In this document: piece after piece, positions 37,247-50,465 of the stretch
Position numbering within the stretch: the stretch's first letter is position 1
Layout of the letters: each line of letters opens with the position of its first letter
Assembly: GCA_043228905.1 (NCBI GenBank)
Contig: JBHGNT010000010.1
Coordinates: 14,074,001-14,138,000, forward strand
Source of the DNA: Azolla caroliniana
Lineage: Eukaryota; Plantae; Polypodiophyta
DNA length: 64,000 nucleotides
Direction: 5' to 3'
Translations under genes and position numbers: made by a program
The notes under the pieces: generated by a model
Database searches by the model: none
What the model was told of the DNA's origin: nothing
The model's input: the letters and a program-made list of their open reading frames with translations, nothing else

Positions 37247-38754
37247 TAATAATAATAATAATTTCTTTCTGCACTCCGGTCTCCAATCCAATCCCACCCA
37301 CACACACACACCCTCCCCCTCCCCCTCATCTCCTCACTATTTTGATACCAGAATCATATACATATATGTTATATGTTATACAAACTTCCAAGGGTATATG
37401 TAATAAATAAATAGGCATGTCCTGGCATCTGACTTGGTGAGCAAATCGCAGTCAGAGACAATGTTAGACACGTTTCCATAATCGTGTGCGATCTACACCG
37501 TTGGTTAGAGCTCTACCCTTACGACTCTCATGGCTAACCACCCGGCCCTGACCCACGTCTATCATGCCTAACTTAGCTCTTCCCCCCTCCCACTCTCACG
37601 CTAACCCCGCTCTAACCCATGGCTATCACGCGTAACCCCACTCTACCCCTCCGACTCTCACGGTGAACCCGGCTCTATCTAACCGCTGTCAAGGCTAACC
37701 CCGCTGAAATTTCTGAAGAGATCAAAAACTTCGAAAAACTTCTAAGATCATAAAAAGGAAAAAAATCATTATTAAACATATTCAGAAATCAAAACCTCTA
37801 AGTTTTAGATATAAAAAATCCACTCACCAAAAACTCGGGACATCACCCAATGTAAACAAATTGTCAACGATCATTCATTCCAAACACTTAACCTTCTCAG
37901 ATTTCATCTACAATTTAAAATTTTGCACCAATATTTTGTTTACAAGATACTAAAAAGTTCCACTAACACAAACGAAATGCTTTAAAGACGACACATATTC
38001 ATCAAAAAACCATAAACACTTCATCGTTCAGATTTCGGAGACACAACAAATTCTATCCACCATAAAAACTTCATGTACCCTTGGCATTTTTTAAAAGACG
38101 AGAAACTTCATAGTTCACATAATTTCAATCACGAATTGGGCCAACGATCACAAAAATCGACCTAAAACCATTACAACCCTAAAATTTCAGCCACCATAAA
38201 AAAGTTTTGTCATACATATATTCAAACCTCAAAATCTTGACGTTTTAGATCTAAAAAATCCAAACACTAAAAACCTAAAACATCATAGGATTTAAATAAA
38301 AAGTCAGGGATCATGGTTGTTGTTCAGAGGATGGCAAATTACACCCACAATTTTTTATCCCTTAAAATCAAATGTCAAAGTTACAATCCAAACACCAAAC
38401 CTTCTCACTTTCACAATTTAGCAACCGCCTCTCTGTATTCTTCCACCATGTATTTCGATCTTGTTCGGGGAGATTCCAATAAGTTCATTCAAAATTTTGA
38501 GTGTCTCACCTCTTTTATAACCAAATTTTTGTTTTTGTTCTCCTCCTTTTGGCATATTAGTCATTGTTGGTGCTCCTAAATTATACAACTTTTTTCTCAT
38601 ATCTGCGATTTGTTCCTCGCCAGCAAGCAACCTTATTCATCGATCTTAATGCTTGCTCGAACCATTGAAGTGCTTCTATAGTAGGATATGCTTCAAACTT
38701 CACCTAAAATAGGAGGGGCTGATTTGTCACTGGAGGGACTTCACCTAAAAAATA

Positions 38755-39750
38755 GTTACAGCGGTAGAGGCTGGCAAGGAGTTGATTTGGATGAGAAACT
38801 TTCTTAGCGAGTTGGGAATGAAGGAAATGGATTTCTTGCTTCATTGTGACAGCCAGAGTGCCATACACCTAGCCAAGAATGCTACATACCACTCTCGGAC
38901 AAGGCACATACAGAGAAGGTATCACTGATTGCGGGAGAAAGTCGAAGAGGGAGAGTTTACCCTCGTGAAAATCCATACTGATGACAATGGATCTGACATG
39001 CTGACAAAGAACCTATCGATGGACAGACTTAGAGTCTATCGACAGAGGAAAGGAATAACATACCCCTCCCCACAGAGGAGTTTGTTAGGAATATGTCCCT
39101 CTAGTGAGAAGAGCCGATTGTTCGGGCCAAGAAGTGCTAACAATCGAAGACTAGGAGGAGCAAACTGCCCAGGCCGAGTACCGATGGTTGAAGAGTCGAC
39201 TGCAAGAAAGTCGACTGGGTGAGTTGACATAAAGGAGATCCAGGTCGAAGACGCGACCGACTAGTCGGACCAACCAGATGGTCGATGACTAGGCCGCCTA
39301 GTTGGACCGGCTGGACAATCAACACTAGGGTCAATTGATGGCTACTTATTATATAGATAATAATAGTAGTGTTGTGTAGTAGTGGCTACATTTGTAAATA
39401 GCCCATACAGGGTATAAATATAAATACACTTAGGGCAAGTAGTGTTTGTAGTGTGTGTGATGCAAAATTGTGTGTGATCCTCTGTTGTAGAGAACGAGAA
39501 GAGAGTCTGTGTGAGCGGCACCATAACCACGTTTTGTAAGAGCCTTGCATGGTTGATACACTCAGACAAGAGAGTGTTGTACTCTAATCCCGTCCTTGTA
39601 TATCCACTATATATAGTGAAGCTCCGTTCTCCGTGGTTTTCTCCCACTTTAGGGTTTCCACGTAAAATCTGTGCACATTGTCTTCTGTGTTTCCAAACTA
39701 TGTAATTCAGCACATTCCATTATTGTGGATTGACGATTCGTTTCTCAACA
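38755..39750 (+). mobile_element. Truncated copia 3' end: RNase H fragment plus LTR (39083-39750)
   Basis: AVEAGKELIWM, CDSQSAIHLAKN, KIHTDDNGSDMLTK; LTR TGTTAGG...CAACA shares TTTGTAAATAGCC/TATAAATA/CTTAGGGCAA motifs with the Copia-1 LTR. Confidence 0.85.
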
Positions 39751-41254
39751 TATTGGTCATTGTTGGTGCTCCTAAATTGTACAACTTTTTTTGCATATCG
39801 ACAATTTGTTCCTCACCAACAAGCAACCTTATATCATCGATCTTAATGCTTGCTCGAACCATTGAAGTGCTTCTATAGTAGGATATGCTTCAGACTTCAA
39901 TCGTTCCCTTTTTTCGACTTTTGCTTTTGTTGTCAACTCTAGTTCTATGTCCATTGTGGCATCATCCATTTGCATTTGAGTCGCGTGATCTTTGAATTGT
40001 GAAACACATAGGGATGACATATGCTTTTCGTTGAGTTACAAGCTCAACATGAAGCCGGATCGGCTGAAGAAGCTAGACGGTCGTAGGTGTCGTTAGAGCC
40101 TACATTCCTATTTTAGTAATAGGAATATAATAGGTTGTTTAGTGTCAGAGCTCATAAGTGAGCACTAAGTATTTTGTCAGTAATTGTGTCAGCCCACTGT
40201 CAAGGGCTTGTCTAAAAAGAGCTCTATGAGCACATTGCATGTACTGAGTACTATTATTTTTTAATAGAAGTTTTGTTGTCTGCTAACTCAGTCTCCCCCT
40301 TTCTTAGTGTACTTCACTCTTTGTGTATACCTAATTGTCTACTATTGTTTGGCTCAACCGGCTGTGTCTGTTGTTTACAAGCTTCCATATTTTATTCTTT
40401 TCACTTTTCAATAATCATCCAAATTTTTAGTAAATTGTTGCATTTATTTCCACGGTATTGGCAATCACAATAAGTGTCATGGATGAACAGTTTAGCATTC
40501 ACGTTTAGGGTATGGGCCTTTCACACTTGGACGTCTCTTTGCTTCTTTTCCTCTTGTCGTTTCGTCTTCATACTACGTCCTTTTTGATGCGCTCTTATTC
40601 ATGACTGGTTGTGTTGTTATCCAAGCGCTTAACATCCCCCCCAACCTAATGAGTGCACACTCCCGGGTGAACTATGGGAGGGGAGCTTCAGGCGTCGGGG
40701 TTGAGAAGGATGGAGTAGGGGGATTCCTCGGGAGGTGGGTGGCGGCGGAGATGATGGCGAAGACGGCGGATGTTTAGTGGTGGCAACCGGATTTCATGCA
40801 TTTGGTCGGTCGTTGTGAAGAAGTCCTTCTTGGGGCCGGTGAGCCAGGTGCAAGTGTTGTGGCCGGTGAAGGGAGAAGGGGGGTTTCGACTAAAACTTAT
40901 GTAAGCAGGAAAAAAACGCATGTTGATCATGGTTTCAAAATCCCATTTGTAGGTGGCGGGGAGCATGTTGACGGGGGTCCAAAGGCCGACCAGTTGACGA
41001 CGAGTAGGACCTTTATTCAAATCAAAGGCAAGGCCCGACGTTGGGTGGTTGTGTCGTTTGAAGGGGGGGCTTCATACGGGCCAGAGTAAAGGAGTATGAG
41101 CAGTAGTTGCAAAAAGCAAAGGCTGGCTTGAATGTCGGGGTCAGGGACGTCGAGGTATGTACGTAGAAATCGTCGCATGACCCGAATCATGCCCGGTTCG
41201 GTCGGGGATGTGCGCGGGGGTCGGGGGAACACAAGCCAGTTGAATGGAGAGTGG

Positions 41255-44200
41255 TGTCAGGAGCTGCACGCTCCCTATACGCAACGCTTGGCCACAACCG
41301 AGCTTAGAATCGTACACAGAAAATGGGAAATAATGAACAACACGAAGAAGAGACAAGTACGCAGGATTTTTACATGGAAAAACCCAAACTAAGGGAAAAA
41401 ACCACGGCAGCCCACATGCTGCAAACTATCCCTATGTTAGAATGTACAACAGTGAGTTCACGGAGGCAACGACCTCGTTCTCACGATCCTCGCCACAGGT
41501 GGCGGTTACAACAGAGGCAACGACCTCTTTCTCTTTCTCTCTCTCTCTCTCTCTCTGTACACAGTTACGCACTCTCTCTTTTCTTGCACCAACAAGAAAT
41601 GACAACAACAAAACTAAAAGTTTGCCCTAAGTCATATTTATACTAATATGACTTTTCGGCTATTTACAAATATAGCCTCGATGGACTCTCAGAAACATAT
41701 TTACGAATATGTCTCTTCATCCAGTGAGCATTCCTAACCGGGTCTGCACCATCCGACTCTCCGCAGCCGGGTACTCCTCATTCGGTTCTCACCGGGTCTG
41801 CACCATCCGGCTCTCCGTAGCCGGGTACTCCTCATCCGGTTCTCACCGGGTCTGCACCATCCGGCTCTCCGTAGCCGGGTACTCCTCATCCGGTTCTCCG
41901 TAGCCGGGTACTCCTCATCCGGTTCTCACCGGGTCTGCACCATCCGGCTCTCCGTAGCCGGGTACTCCTCATCCGGTACTGTTCTTCTCCCTTCCCATCC
42001 GGAGGGACCTGTCTCCCAACAAACTCCCCCTTCACTCCGGCATGGGGTGTCTTACTAGTCCGATTCTCTTCCGGCATGCATCCAGCTTGTCAGGTATCAG
42101 CACTTTGGTCAGCATATCTGACCCGTTCTCGGCCGTGTGGATCTTCATCAGCGCGAACTCCTGGTCATCTACTCTTTCCCGGATCCAATGATACCTTCAC
42201 TGGATATGCTTCGTCCGGGAATGGTAGGCCGCATTCTTAGCAAGATGGATGGCACTTTGACTGTCGCAATAGAGTCGATATTCAGCTTGCCGGATACCGA
42301 GCTCTCCGATGAAGTCCTTCATCCATAATATTTCCTTGTCGGCTTCCACAGCCGCCATGTACTCCGCCTCCGTGGTTGACAATGCAACCGTCTTTTGCAG
42401 CCTTGACTGCCACGAAACAGCTCCCCATGCATATGTCATTACGTACCTGGATGTAGACCGGCTAGTATCCACATTAGCCGACATGTCCGAATCGGTGTAA
42501 CCGTCAAGTTGAGGTTTTCCGGAGCCGAATCGGAGACACATATTTGAAGTGCCCTTCAAGTACCAGAGTATCCATTTGACAGCGTTCCAATGCTCCTTGC
42601 CGGGATTGCTCATAAACCGGCTCACCACTCCGACTGCGTATCCTATATCCGGTCGGGTAAAAACCATTACGTACATTAAGCTCCCGACGGCAGAGGCATA
42701 TGGAATCTTCATCATATCCGCTTTCTCTGCTTTCGTCTTTGGGCTTTGCTTACCGGATAACCTGCAGTTTGCCGGAACTGTCGATTCGACCGGTTTCGCA
42801 TCTGACATGTTGAACCGGTGAAGCACCTTTGTCACGTACTTCTCCTGTGACAGCCATAATTGCTTCGCTGACCAGTTCCGGATAATATGCATCCCCAGCA
42901 TCTGTCTTGCCGGACCCAAGTCTTTCATTGAGAAGGTCTGGTTGAGGGCCTTCTTCAGCATCCGTATTTTGACTTGGTCCCGTCCGACGATCAACATGTC
43001 GTCCACGTACAGAAGGAGTATCAGGAAGTCGCCTCCTTCGAACTTCTTCACAAACACGCAGTGATCGGCCTGCGTCTTGTGGTACCCTTGATTGGTCATG
43101 AAGGAGTCGAACTTCCGGTACCATTGCCGGGGGGCCTGCTTCAACCCGTAGAGGCTCTTCTTCAACCGGCAAACCAGGTGCTCCTTCCCTTTCTCCACGA
43201 ATCCTTCCGGTTGCTGCATGTAGATCTCCTCTTCGAGGTCACCATGAAGGAATGTCGTCTTCACGTCTAGCTGCTCTACCTCGAGGTCCATGCTTGCCGC
43301 TATACTCAGCACCGTCCGGATGGAGGTCATCTTTACTACCGGGGCAAATATCTCGTCGAAGTCCACACCCTTCTTCTGCTGGAACCCCTTCACCACGATC
43401 TTGGCTTTGTATCTCGGGGGGTTGCCGGCATCTCCCGGTTTCAACTTGTACACCCACTTGTTTCGGAGTGCCCACTTTCCTTTCGGCAACTCCACCAGTT
43501 CGTACGTATGGTTCTCATGCAGGGAATCCATCTCATCTTGCATGGCACTTAACCATTTGCGGCTGTGGGTGTCATCCTTCGCTTCTTCGAAGCTTTCTGG
43601 CTCCCCCTCATCGGTTAGCAGCACATGCTCTGCATCCGGAAATCTCCAGGGGGCCCTTCTCTCTCTTAGAGGATATCTCCGTCTCTGGGCTTCGGTAACC
43701 GGCTCCTCTATTTGCTCTTCATCCGAATCTGATTCGGGGTCCTGGCCGGTTCCGGTTTCAGCTTCCTCTACTTCTTCTTCTGCCGGTTCGATATCCTCAC
43801 CGTAACCGGCTGGCTCCTCGAGTGCTAACCGGTCTCTTACCGGTTGGGTCTGTTCATTGTAGAGTCGATCCTTACCAGTCAACTCGGAGTTCATTATCTT
43901 CTTCTCCGACTCCCAGTCGGTGAGCGTCTTGTCCTCCATGAAGATAATATCTCGACTCCGGAATACCTTCTTGTCGACCAGGTCCCACATTCGGTATTCG
44001 TACTCATCGTCACCGTAACCGAGGAATATGCATGGCCGAGTCTTTGGATCTAACTTTCATTTCCGGTCCTTAGCTACATGTACGTACGAAAGAGACCCGA
44101 ATACCTTCAGATGCCGGTAGGACACTTCCTTACCGGTCCAGACTCTCTATGGTGTGTCTCCGTCCAAGGGCACTGAGGGTGATCTGTTTATCACATATGT

Positions 44201-46747
44201 CGCCGTCGACAATGCCTCAACCCAAAACTTCTTGGGTAGTTTTGCATGCGCCAGCATTACTCCGGACCCTCTCCATTATGGTCCGGTTCATCCTCTCGAC
44301 CAGCCCGTTTAGTTCCGGCGTCTTCGGCACGGTAAATTCGAGCTAGATTCCCTTCGAGCGACAGTACTCCTCGAACTGCCCTCGGTATTCTCCTCCGTTA
44401 TCTGCTCGAATCGCCTTCAGCTTCCGGCCGGTTTCTCTTTCCACTCTCGCGTGGAGCTCTTTGAAGACGGATAGCACCTGATCCTTCGTCTTCAATGGTG
44501 TGGCCCACAGCTTCCGGCTGTGGTCATCTATGAAAGTCACGAAGTACTGCGCTCCGGCATGTGACTTCGTGTCTACTTGACACACATCCGTATGCACCAA
44601 CTCCAGTGGTGCATTACGTCTCATCGGTGGCCTTGGTCTGAAGGAGGTCTGGTTTTGCTTACCGGCTAGACAATCAGTGCACTTCTCCAAGTGCACGTTC
44701 TTCACTGCAATGAGGTTGTCGTCTGCAAGCCTCTTCATCCCCTTCTCGCTCATATGACACAACCTCTTGTGCCACAGCTCACCGGAAGTGTCGGATGCCA
44801 CGTTCACTTCTTTCGGACATAACCGGGCATTCATCAGGTACAATGTGTTGACCTTCCGGGCCCGAGCCACAATCAGGCTCCCTTTGCTGAACTTCATGAC
44901 ACCGTTCCGGATGCTACCCGTGTAGCCTTCATCATATAGCCGACCGGCAGATATCAGGTTCAGACGAACCTTCGGAACGTGTCAGACATCCTTCAGCAGC
45001 AGCTTGCATCCGGTTGATGTTGACAGCCACACGTCTCCTATGCCGACAATTCGGCATGTACCTTCATTCCCCATCCGGACACAGCCGTGATCACCGGATG
45101 AGTAGGATGAGAAGCATTTCCGGTCCGGGATAAGGTGGAATGACGCTCCGGAGTCTACCACCCAGGTCATCTCGTCGCCGGCAAGGTTTATCTCACTCTC
45201 CTCGGTGATGAGCATCAACTCTTCTTCACTTGCCACGATTGCCGTCGTTCCCTTCCGGTTCGGCCCCTCCGGTCTTTACCGTTTTGGTCCGGGGTCCGCT
45301 TCGAATCGGTACCGTCAGTTTCCTTGTCTTTTCGGAAATGCCGACAATTCTTTTGGAAGTGTCCCGGCTTGCCACAATAGAAGCAAGTAGGCCTTCCCCT
45401 TGACTTTGACCGTGTCCCCGACCCGACTTCTCCCGGTTCTGGGGACTACGGTTTCTATGTCTTCCGCATTCCGATTCGGTAAGGAGCGCTTTGGAGTCGG
45501 AGCTCGTATCTTTTTCTTTCCGATGCGCCTCCTCATCTAGCAAGCTCGTCTTTACTCTTGCTAGGGATAACCGCTTTCCTTCTGGCCCGGCGTTGCCCAA
45601 AGTGACAACCAGTGTCTCCCAGCTATCCGGGAGGGAACCGAGCAGGAGTAGCACTAGTACCTCGTCGGCGAGAGGTACTTCCAATGATGTTGCCTGGTGT
45701 ATCAGCCCCTGGAAGGCATTCATGTGCTCCACCATGCTGGAGCCATCTTGGTACCGAAGTCTTACTAGCTTCCGGAATACCGAAACCTGATTAACAACAT
45801 TTTTGTTTTGAAACATAATGCCGATCTTCTCCCAGAGCTCATGAGCCTTGCTCTCTTCATTGAAGTTGTTGTATAGGCTCATGTCGATGAAGCACCGTAT
45901 GTACGCCGTTGTCTTCATGTGCATCACCTCCCATATTGTGGCGTCGATCTTGTCCGGTCTCTTGTCCCCGAACTGAACCGGTAACCAAAGATCTTTAACC
46001 ACGAGCATGTCCCTCATCTTCGACTTCCACACTGAATAGTTGGAGCCGGTGAGCTTGAACATGCCGCCAAACGATTCGTCCATTTTCTGTGTCATTTCGC
46101 TCTGATACCACTTTGTCAGGAGCTGCACGCTCCCTATACGCAACGCTCGGCCACAACCGAGCTTAGAATCGTACACAGAAAACGGGAAATAATGAACAAC
46201 ACGAAGAAGAGACAAGTACGTAGGATGTTTACGTGGAAAAACCCAAACTAAGGGAAAAAACCATGGCAGCCCACAGGCTGCAAACTATCCCTATGTTAGA
46301 ATGTACAACAGTGAGTTCACGGAGGCAACGACCTCGTTCTCACAATCCTCGCCACAGGCGGCGGTTACAACAGAGGCAACGACCTCTTTCTCTCTCTCTC
46401 TCTCTCTCTTTGTACACAGTTACACGCTCTCTCTTTTCTTGCACCAATAAGAAATGACAACAACAAAACTAAAAGTTTGCCCTAAGTCATATTTATACTA
46501 ATATGACTTTTTGGCTATTTACAAATATAGCCTCTATGGACTCTCAGAAACATATTTACAAATATGTCTCTTCATCCGGTGAGCATTCCTCACCAGGTCT
46601 GCACCATTCGGCTCTCCGTAGCCGGGTACTCCTCATCCGGTTCTCACCGGGTCTGCACCATCCGGCTCTCCGTAGCCGGGTACTCCTCATCCGGTTCATC
46701 GGCACCGTTCTTCTCCCTTCCCATCCGGAGGGACCTGTCTCCCAACA
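41255..46747 (-). mobile_element. Full-length Tork-like Ty1/copia (Copia-D); LTRs 46114-46747 (5') and 41255-42021 (3'); TSD AGTGG
   Basis: TSD at 41250-41254 and 46748-46752; PBS TGGTATCAGAGCG at 46098-46110; PPT at 42023-42034; pol closely similar to Copia-1. Confidence 0.95.
42031..46095 (-). pseudogene. Copia-D gag-pol with several stops and frameshifts
   Basis: ORF pieces 45226-46095, 44982-45236, 44343-44897 and 42197-43990 carry gag, DSGAS, INT, YVDDM and RNase H motifs. Confidence 0.93.
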
Positions 46748-46892
46748 AGTGGGTAGGCATGCCTAGGCGGCTTAGAAGTCGTGCCATGAACAACGACGGG
46801 GGACGGGAAAAAAGGTGGGGTTGGTACGCATCTCGGGGGGATGGAGGGTGAACCATTCGCGGAAGGATGCGTGCTCGAACCAGGGGAAACGC

Positions 46893-49800
46893 TGTCGTAG
46901 TGTATTTTGTACACTACGTGAAAAACGTATATAGTATTAGATTCAATAAAAAAATGAAGAAATAGAAGAAAATAGCAAAATAAATGGAACATGCATAGGG
47001 CAAGATTCGAACCTTGCACCTCCATGTTAATAATGTAATGTCTTACCATTACACTAGCATTTCATTAGTGTTAAAGCATAGATGTCCCACATAGAAAGGT
47101 AAATTCACGCTAGGATAAACATTAGAAAAACGCATAACAAAAGAAAAAGCTACACATACACATCTAGCGTGCATGATAAAAAACGCACAAGTTAGAAAAA
47201 GCATGATCACTTTAGATAAAGCATATAGTCTATCTATAGGAAAAGCATGGGGTCTATAGTTAGAGAAAAAGCATGGATTACTAAGACTTCCTCATCACTA
47301 CATAAGGATGGGAAGCACAATGTAATTGTGTGTGAAATATTTGGAAATTGGATATATTTCCGAAAACACCAACTGATTAATATAATCGTGGGATTCACGA
47401 AAATAATATAATCTATACTTGTGGGATTCACAAGTTTCTTATATATTTCTTTCAATCTAAATACATATTCTTATCTAAATATTGATTAATCGAATACAAT
47501 ACACTCGTGGGATTCACGAGTTTGCTATAACTCTTTCTTACAACATATTTATATTCTTATTAGCCTTAAAACTCTCCTCTTCCTAGTCCAAAACCCCAGC
47601 GGTTTCCACCCGGCTCACGCAAACGATCTGACGCCGAAAGGCACGACACAGTTGGTGAACCCGACGTGAAGACGGGTGGCAAGGAGATGGAGAATCAACA
47701 AGAGGCGATGAACATGATGATGATAATGTTTGAGCGGATGCAACAAGAACAACGTGCGATGTCGGAGATGAAGGCGGCAGTAGAGCGGCTTCTGCGACGA
47801 AACGGGGAATTCAATGGTAAGGGTGTGTCACGCTACCTACGTGAATATAAGGCGGAGATGATGCAATATCGGATACCGGAAGGATTGCAAGTGATATCCT
47901 TTAGTCGGGTGGTCTCGGACGAACTACAAGAAAGAATCCACAAGATACAACAACAAAACTCGACATGGGAGTCCTTTGAAGAAGCTTTACGAGAGTCATA
48001 TGATTACAAGAGATTGAAGGGACAAGATCGGCGAGAATTCGACGAATGGGTGGCATCGGAGAAGACCCACCGAAGTGCAACACAAGCATTCCTAGAGTTC
48101 GAGCATCGTTTTGCTCGAATCTCGGAGCGGGAACAACGATTGGTGGGAGAGGATAAAGTCCTAATGTTCGTAAAATCGATCGATCGAAAAGAAAGGATGG
48201 ACATCGGGATTGAACTCGAAGATGATGACGGTGCGAACGGCCTTACCGAGGATTGGGCCAAAGTCGAAAGGGTATGCCGAAGACATGATGAAAGGAAGCT
48301 GAGAATCTCGTCAACAACGACATGGCCCATGAAGGATGGTCGATTGAGGAAAAACGATGAAGCCAATATGAAGGCCGAAATACAACATGATGGTACCACG
48401 GGAGAAAGAGTGGAACAAGACACCCACTCGTCTTGTGAAAGAACGATGGCGAAGGATAAGGCCGATAATTCAAGTGTAGAAGGAAATTTCGGGATACAAG
48501 TGCCCGAGACATCGGGTCAAAAAGGGGTAAGCATAATAGATGTTTGCATAATTGATGCAGATAAAGAGTGTGAAGCGGATGTGATTAAGGAGGTAGCCAC
48601 AAAAGACGAAATCGAATCGGAGGTGGCTATGGACGAATCAATGGCGGATTGCCATATCGAGACTTCCCCACCACTGATTCCAGAGACTCCGGCGGTTGCG
48701 ATCGAAAGGCAACGTGAGACCGAAGAGACGGAAGGTGGCGGAGAGAAAACGAATGTCGAAGCCGACGAATACGATGAAGAGATAGCCGAGAAGAATGCTA
48801 AGGGTGAAACTACGAAAGAAGGTAATACCGAGGATTCATGCCAACAATATCTAGAGACTTCGGCGGTTGTGTCCGAGAACCAACGTGAGACCGGAGAGAC
48901 GGGAGATGGCGGCGAGGAAGGTAAAGTCGGAAGTCGGTTTGGATGGAAAATGATCCATCCGAAATTCCAATCTAAAAGAAAGTGCGACAATGCGGAGGTC
49001 GGGTCTACGACGGGAGAAGCGCGTAATACAGAGCACGCTCTACGGCGAATAAAGAAACGCGTGTTATGGCGAATAAAGAAGCACACGCTACGGCGAGAAA
49101 AGAAGCATGCATTACAACCACACGAGGACCGAACAACGAGCACATATCGGAGGACCTACGTAGCGAACAACGGAAAGAAGTGCCGAAAGTCGAACCGGAC
49201 AAGGCAGGTGAAAACGAAGAAAAGAAAGCAAATCCGGACGAAAAGAAAAGAAAAGAAACCGACCCGAAAGAGCACTGAATCGGTAAAAACCGATCAACCG
49301 AGTCCGGATCGACCGAATACAAATCGGAAAGGAAGCCGAACTAAACGAAAGACGATCCGACGAGACCGAATCGGAAGTAAGCTAATCCGACTAAACCGAA
49401 AATCCGAAAAGAAGTCGAGATTGATGAAGAAAAGAAAGAGGGCAAGAAAAGATACTACCGCGGATGACAAGGACCAAGCAGGCCATGCAAAAAGCGAACG
49501 AAGACTATGGTGGATCGGATGTCGACAATGGTTCGGGTGGAAAGAATGGATGTGCTCCAAATGGAGAGACAAAGTCAACATAACAAGAGAAGTCGAGGGT
49601 ACTACGAGCCGGCAACGAAACCAATCGGGTAGAGACCGGACGGAGGAGACTAACAAACACCAACAACTTCGGCACATACCGGAGGATGTGCGGGTTTGGA
49701 GGGGGCGAGTGTCGTAGTGTATTTTGTACACTACGTGAAAAACGTATATAGTATTAGATTCAATAAAAAAATGAAGAAATAGAAGAAAATAGCAAAATAA

Positions 49801-50465
49801 ATGGAACATGCATAGGGCAAGATTCGAACCTTGCACCTCCATGTTAATAATGTAATGTCTTACCATTACACTAGCATTTCATTAGTGTTAAAGTATAGAT
49901 GTCCCACATAGAAAGGTAAATTCACGCTAGGATAAACATTAGAAAAACGCATAACAAAAGAAAAAGCTACACATACACATCTAGCGTGCATGATAAAAAA
50001 CGCACAAGTTAGAAAAAGCATGATCACTTTAGATAAAGCATATAGTCTATCTATAGGAAAAGCATGGGGTCTATAGTTAGAGAAAAAGCATGGATTACTA
50101 AGACTTCCTCATCACTACATAAGGATGGGAAGCACAATGTAATTGTGTGTGAAATATTTGGAAATTGGATATATTTCCGAAAACACCAACCGATTAATAT
50201 AATCGTGGGATTCACGAAAATAATATAATCTATACTTGTGGGATTCACAAGTTTCTTATATATTTCTTTCAATCTAAATACATATTCTTATCTAAATATT
50301 GATTAATCGAATACAATACACTCGTGGGATTCACGAGTTTGCTATAACTCTTTCTTACAACATATTTATATTCTTATTAGCCTTAAAACTCTCCTCTTCC
50401 TAGTCCAAAACCCCAGCGGTTTCCACCCGGCTCACGCAAACGATCTGACGCCGAAAGGCACGACA
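46893..50465 (+). mobile_element. Non-autonomous gag-only LTR element (TR-GAG-like, element E); LTRs 46893-47648 and 49710-50465; TSD ACGC; tRNA-Trp PBS
   Basis: 756-bp LTRs with about 2 visible differences; PBS TGGTGAACCCGACGTGAA at 47653-47670; PPT GGAGGGGGCGAG at 49698-49709; TSD at 46889-46892 and 50466-50469; no pol. Confidence 0.95.
47666..49717 (+). CDS. Gypsy Gag-like protein with acidic then Lys/Arg-rich extension (likely ATG at 47687 or later)
   Basis: Intact 683-codon ORF; N-terminus homologous to gag at 4720-5220 and 13005 (KVLMFVKSID...GLTEDWAKVERVC); no zinc knuckle, PR or RT. Confidence 0.82.
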   Translation: MKTGGKEMENQQEAMNMMMIMFERMQQEQRAMSEMKAAVERLLRRNGEFNGKGVSRYLREYKAEMMQYRIPEGLQVISFSRVVSDELQERIHKIQQQNSTWESFEEALRESYDYKRLKGQDRREFDEWVASEKTHRSATQAFLEFEHRFARISEREQRLVGEDKVLMFVKSIDRKERMDIGIELEDDDGANGLTEDWAKVERVCRRHDERKLRISSTTTWPMKDGRLRKNDEANMKAEIQHDGTTGERVEQDTHSSCERTMAKDKADNSSVEGNFGIQVPETSGQKGVSIIDVCIIDADKECEADVIKEVATKDEIESEVAMDESMADCHIETSPPLIPETPAVAIERQRETEETEGGGEKTNVEADEYDEEIAEKNAKGETTKEGNTEDSCQQYLETSAVVSENQRETGETGDGGEEGKVGSRFGWKMIHPKFQSKRKCDNAEVGSTTGEARNTEHALRRIKKRVLWRIKKHTLRREKKHALQPHEDRTTSTYRRTYVANNGKKCRKSNRTRQVKTKKRKQIRTKRKEKKPTRKSTESVKTDQPSPDRPNTNRKGSRTKRKTIRRDRIGSKLIRLNRKSEKKSRLMKKRKRARKDTTADDKDQAGHAKSERRLWWIGCRQWFGWKEWMCSKWRDKVNITREVEGTTSRQRNQSGRDRTEETNKHQQLRHIPEDVRVWRGRVS

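Noticed and set aside
37500-37710. TAACCC-containing repeats as interstitial telomere
   Set aside because: Scattered degenerate motifs, not tandem TTTAGGG/TTAGGG; likely TE subterminal repeats that I cannot classify
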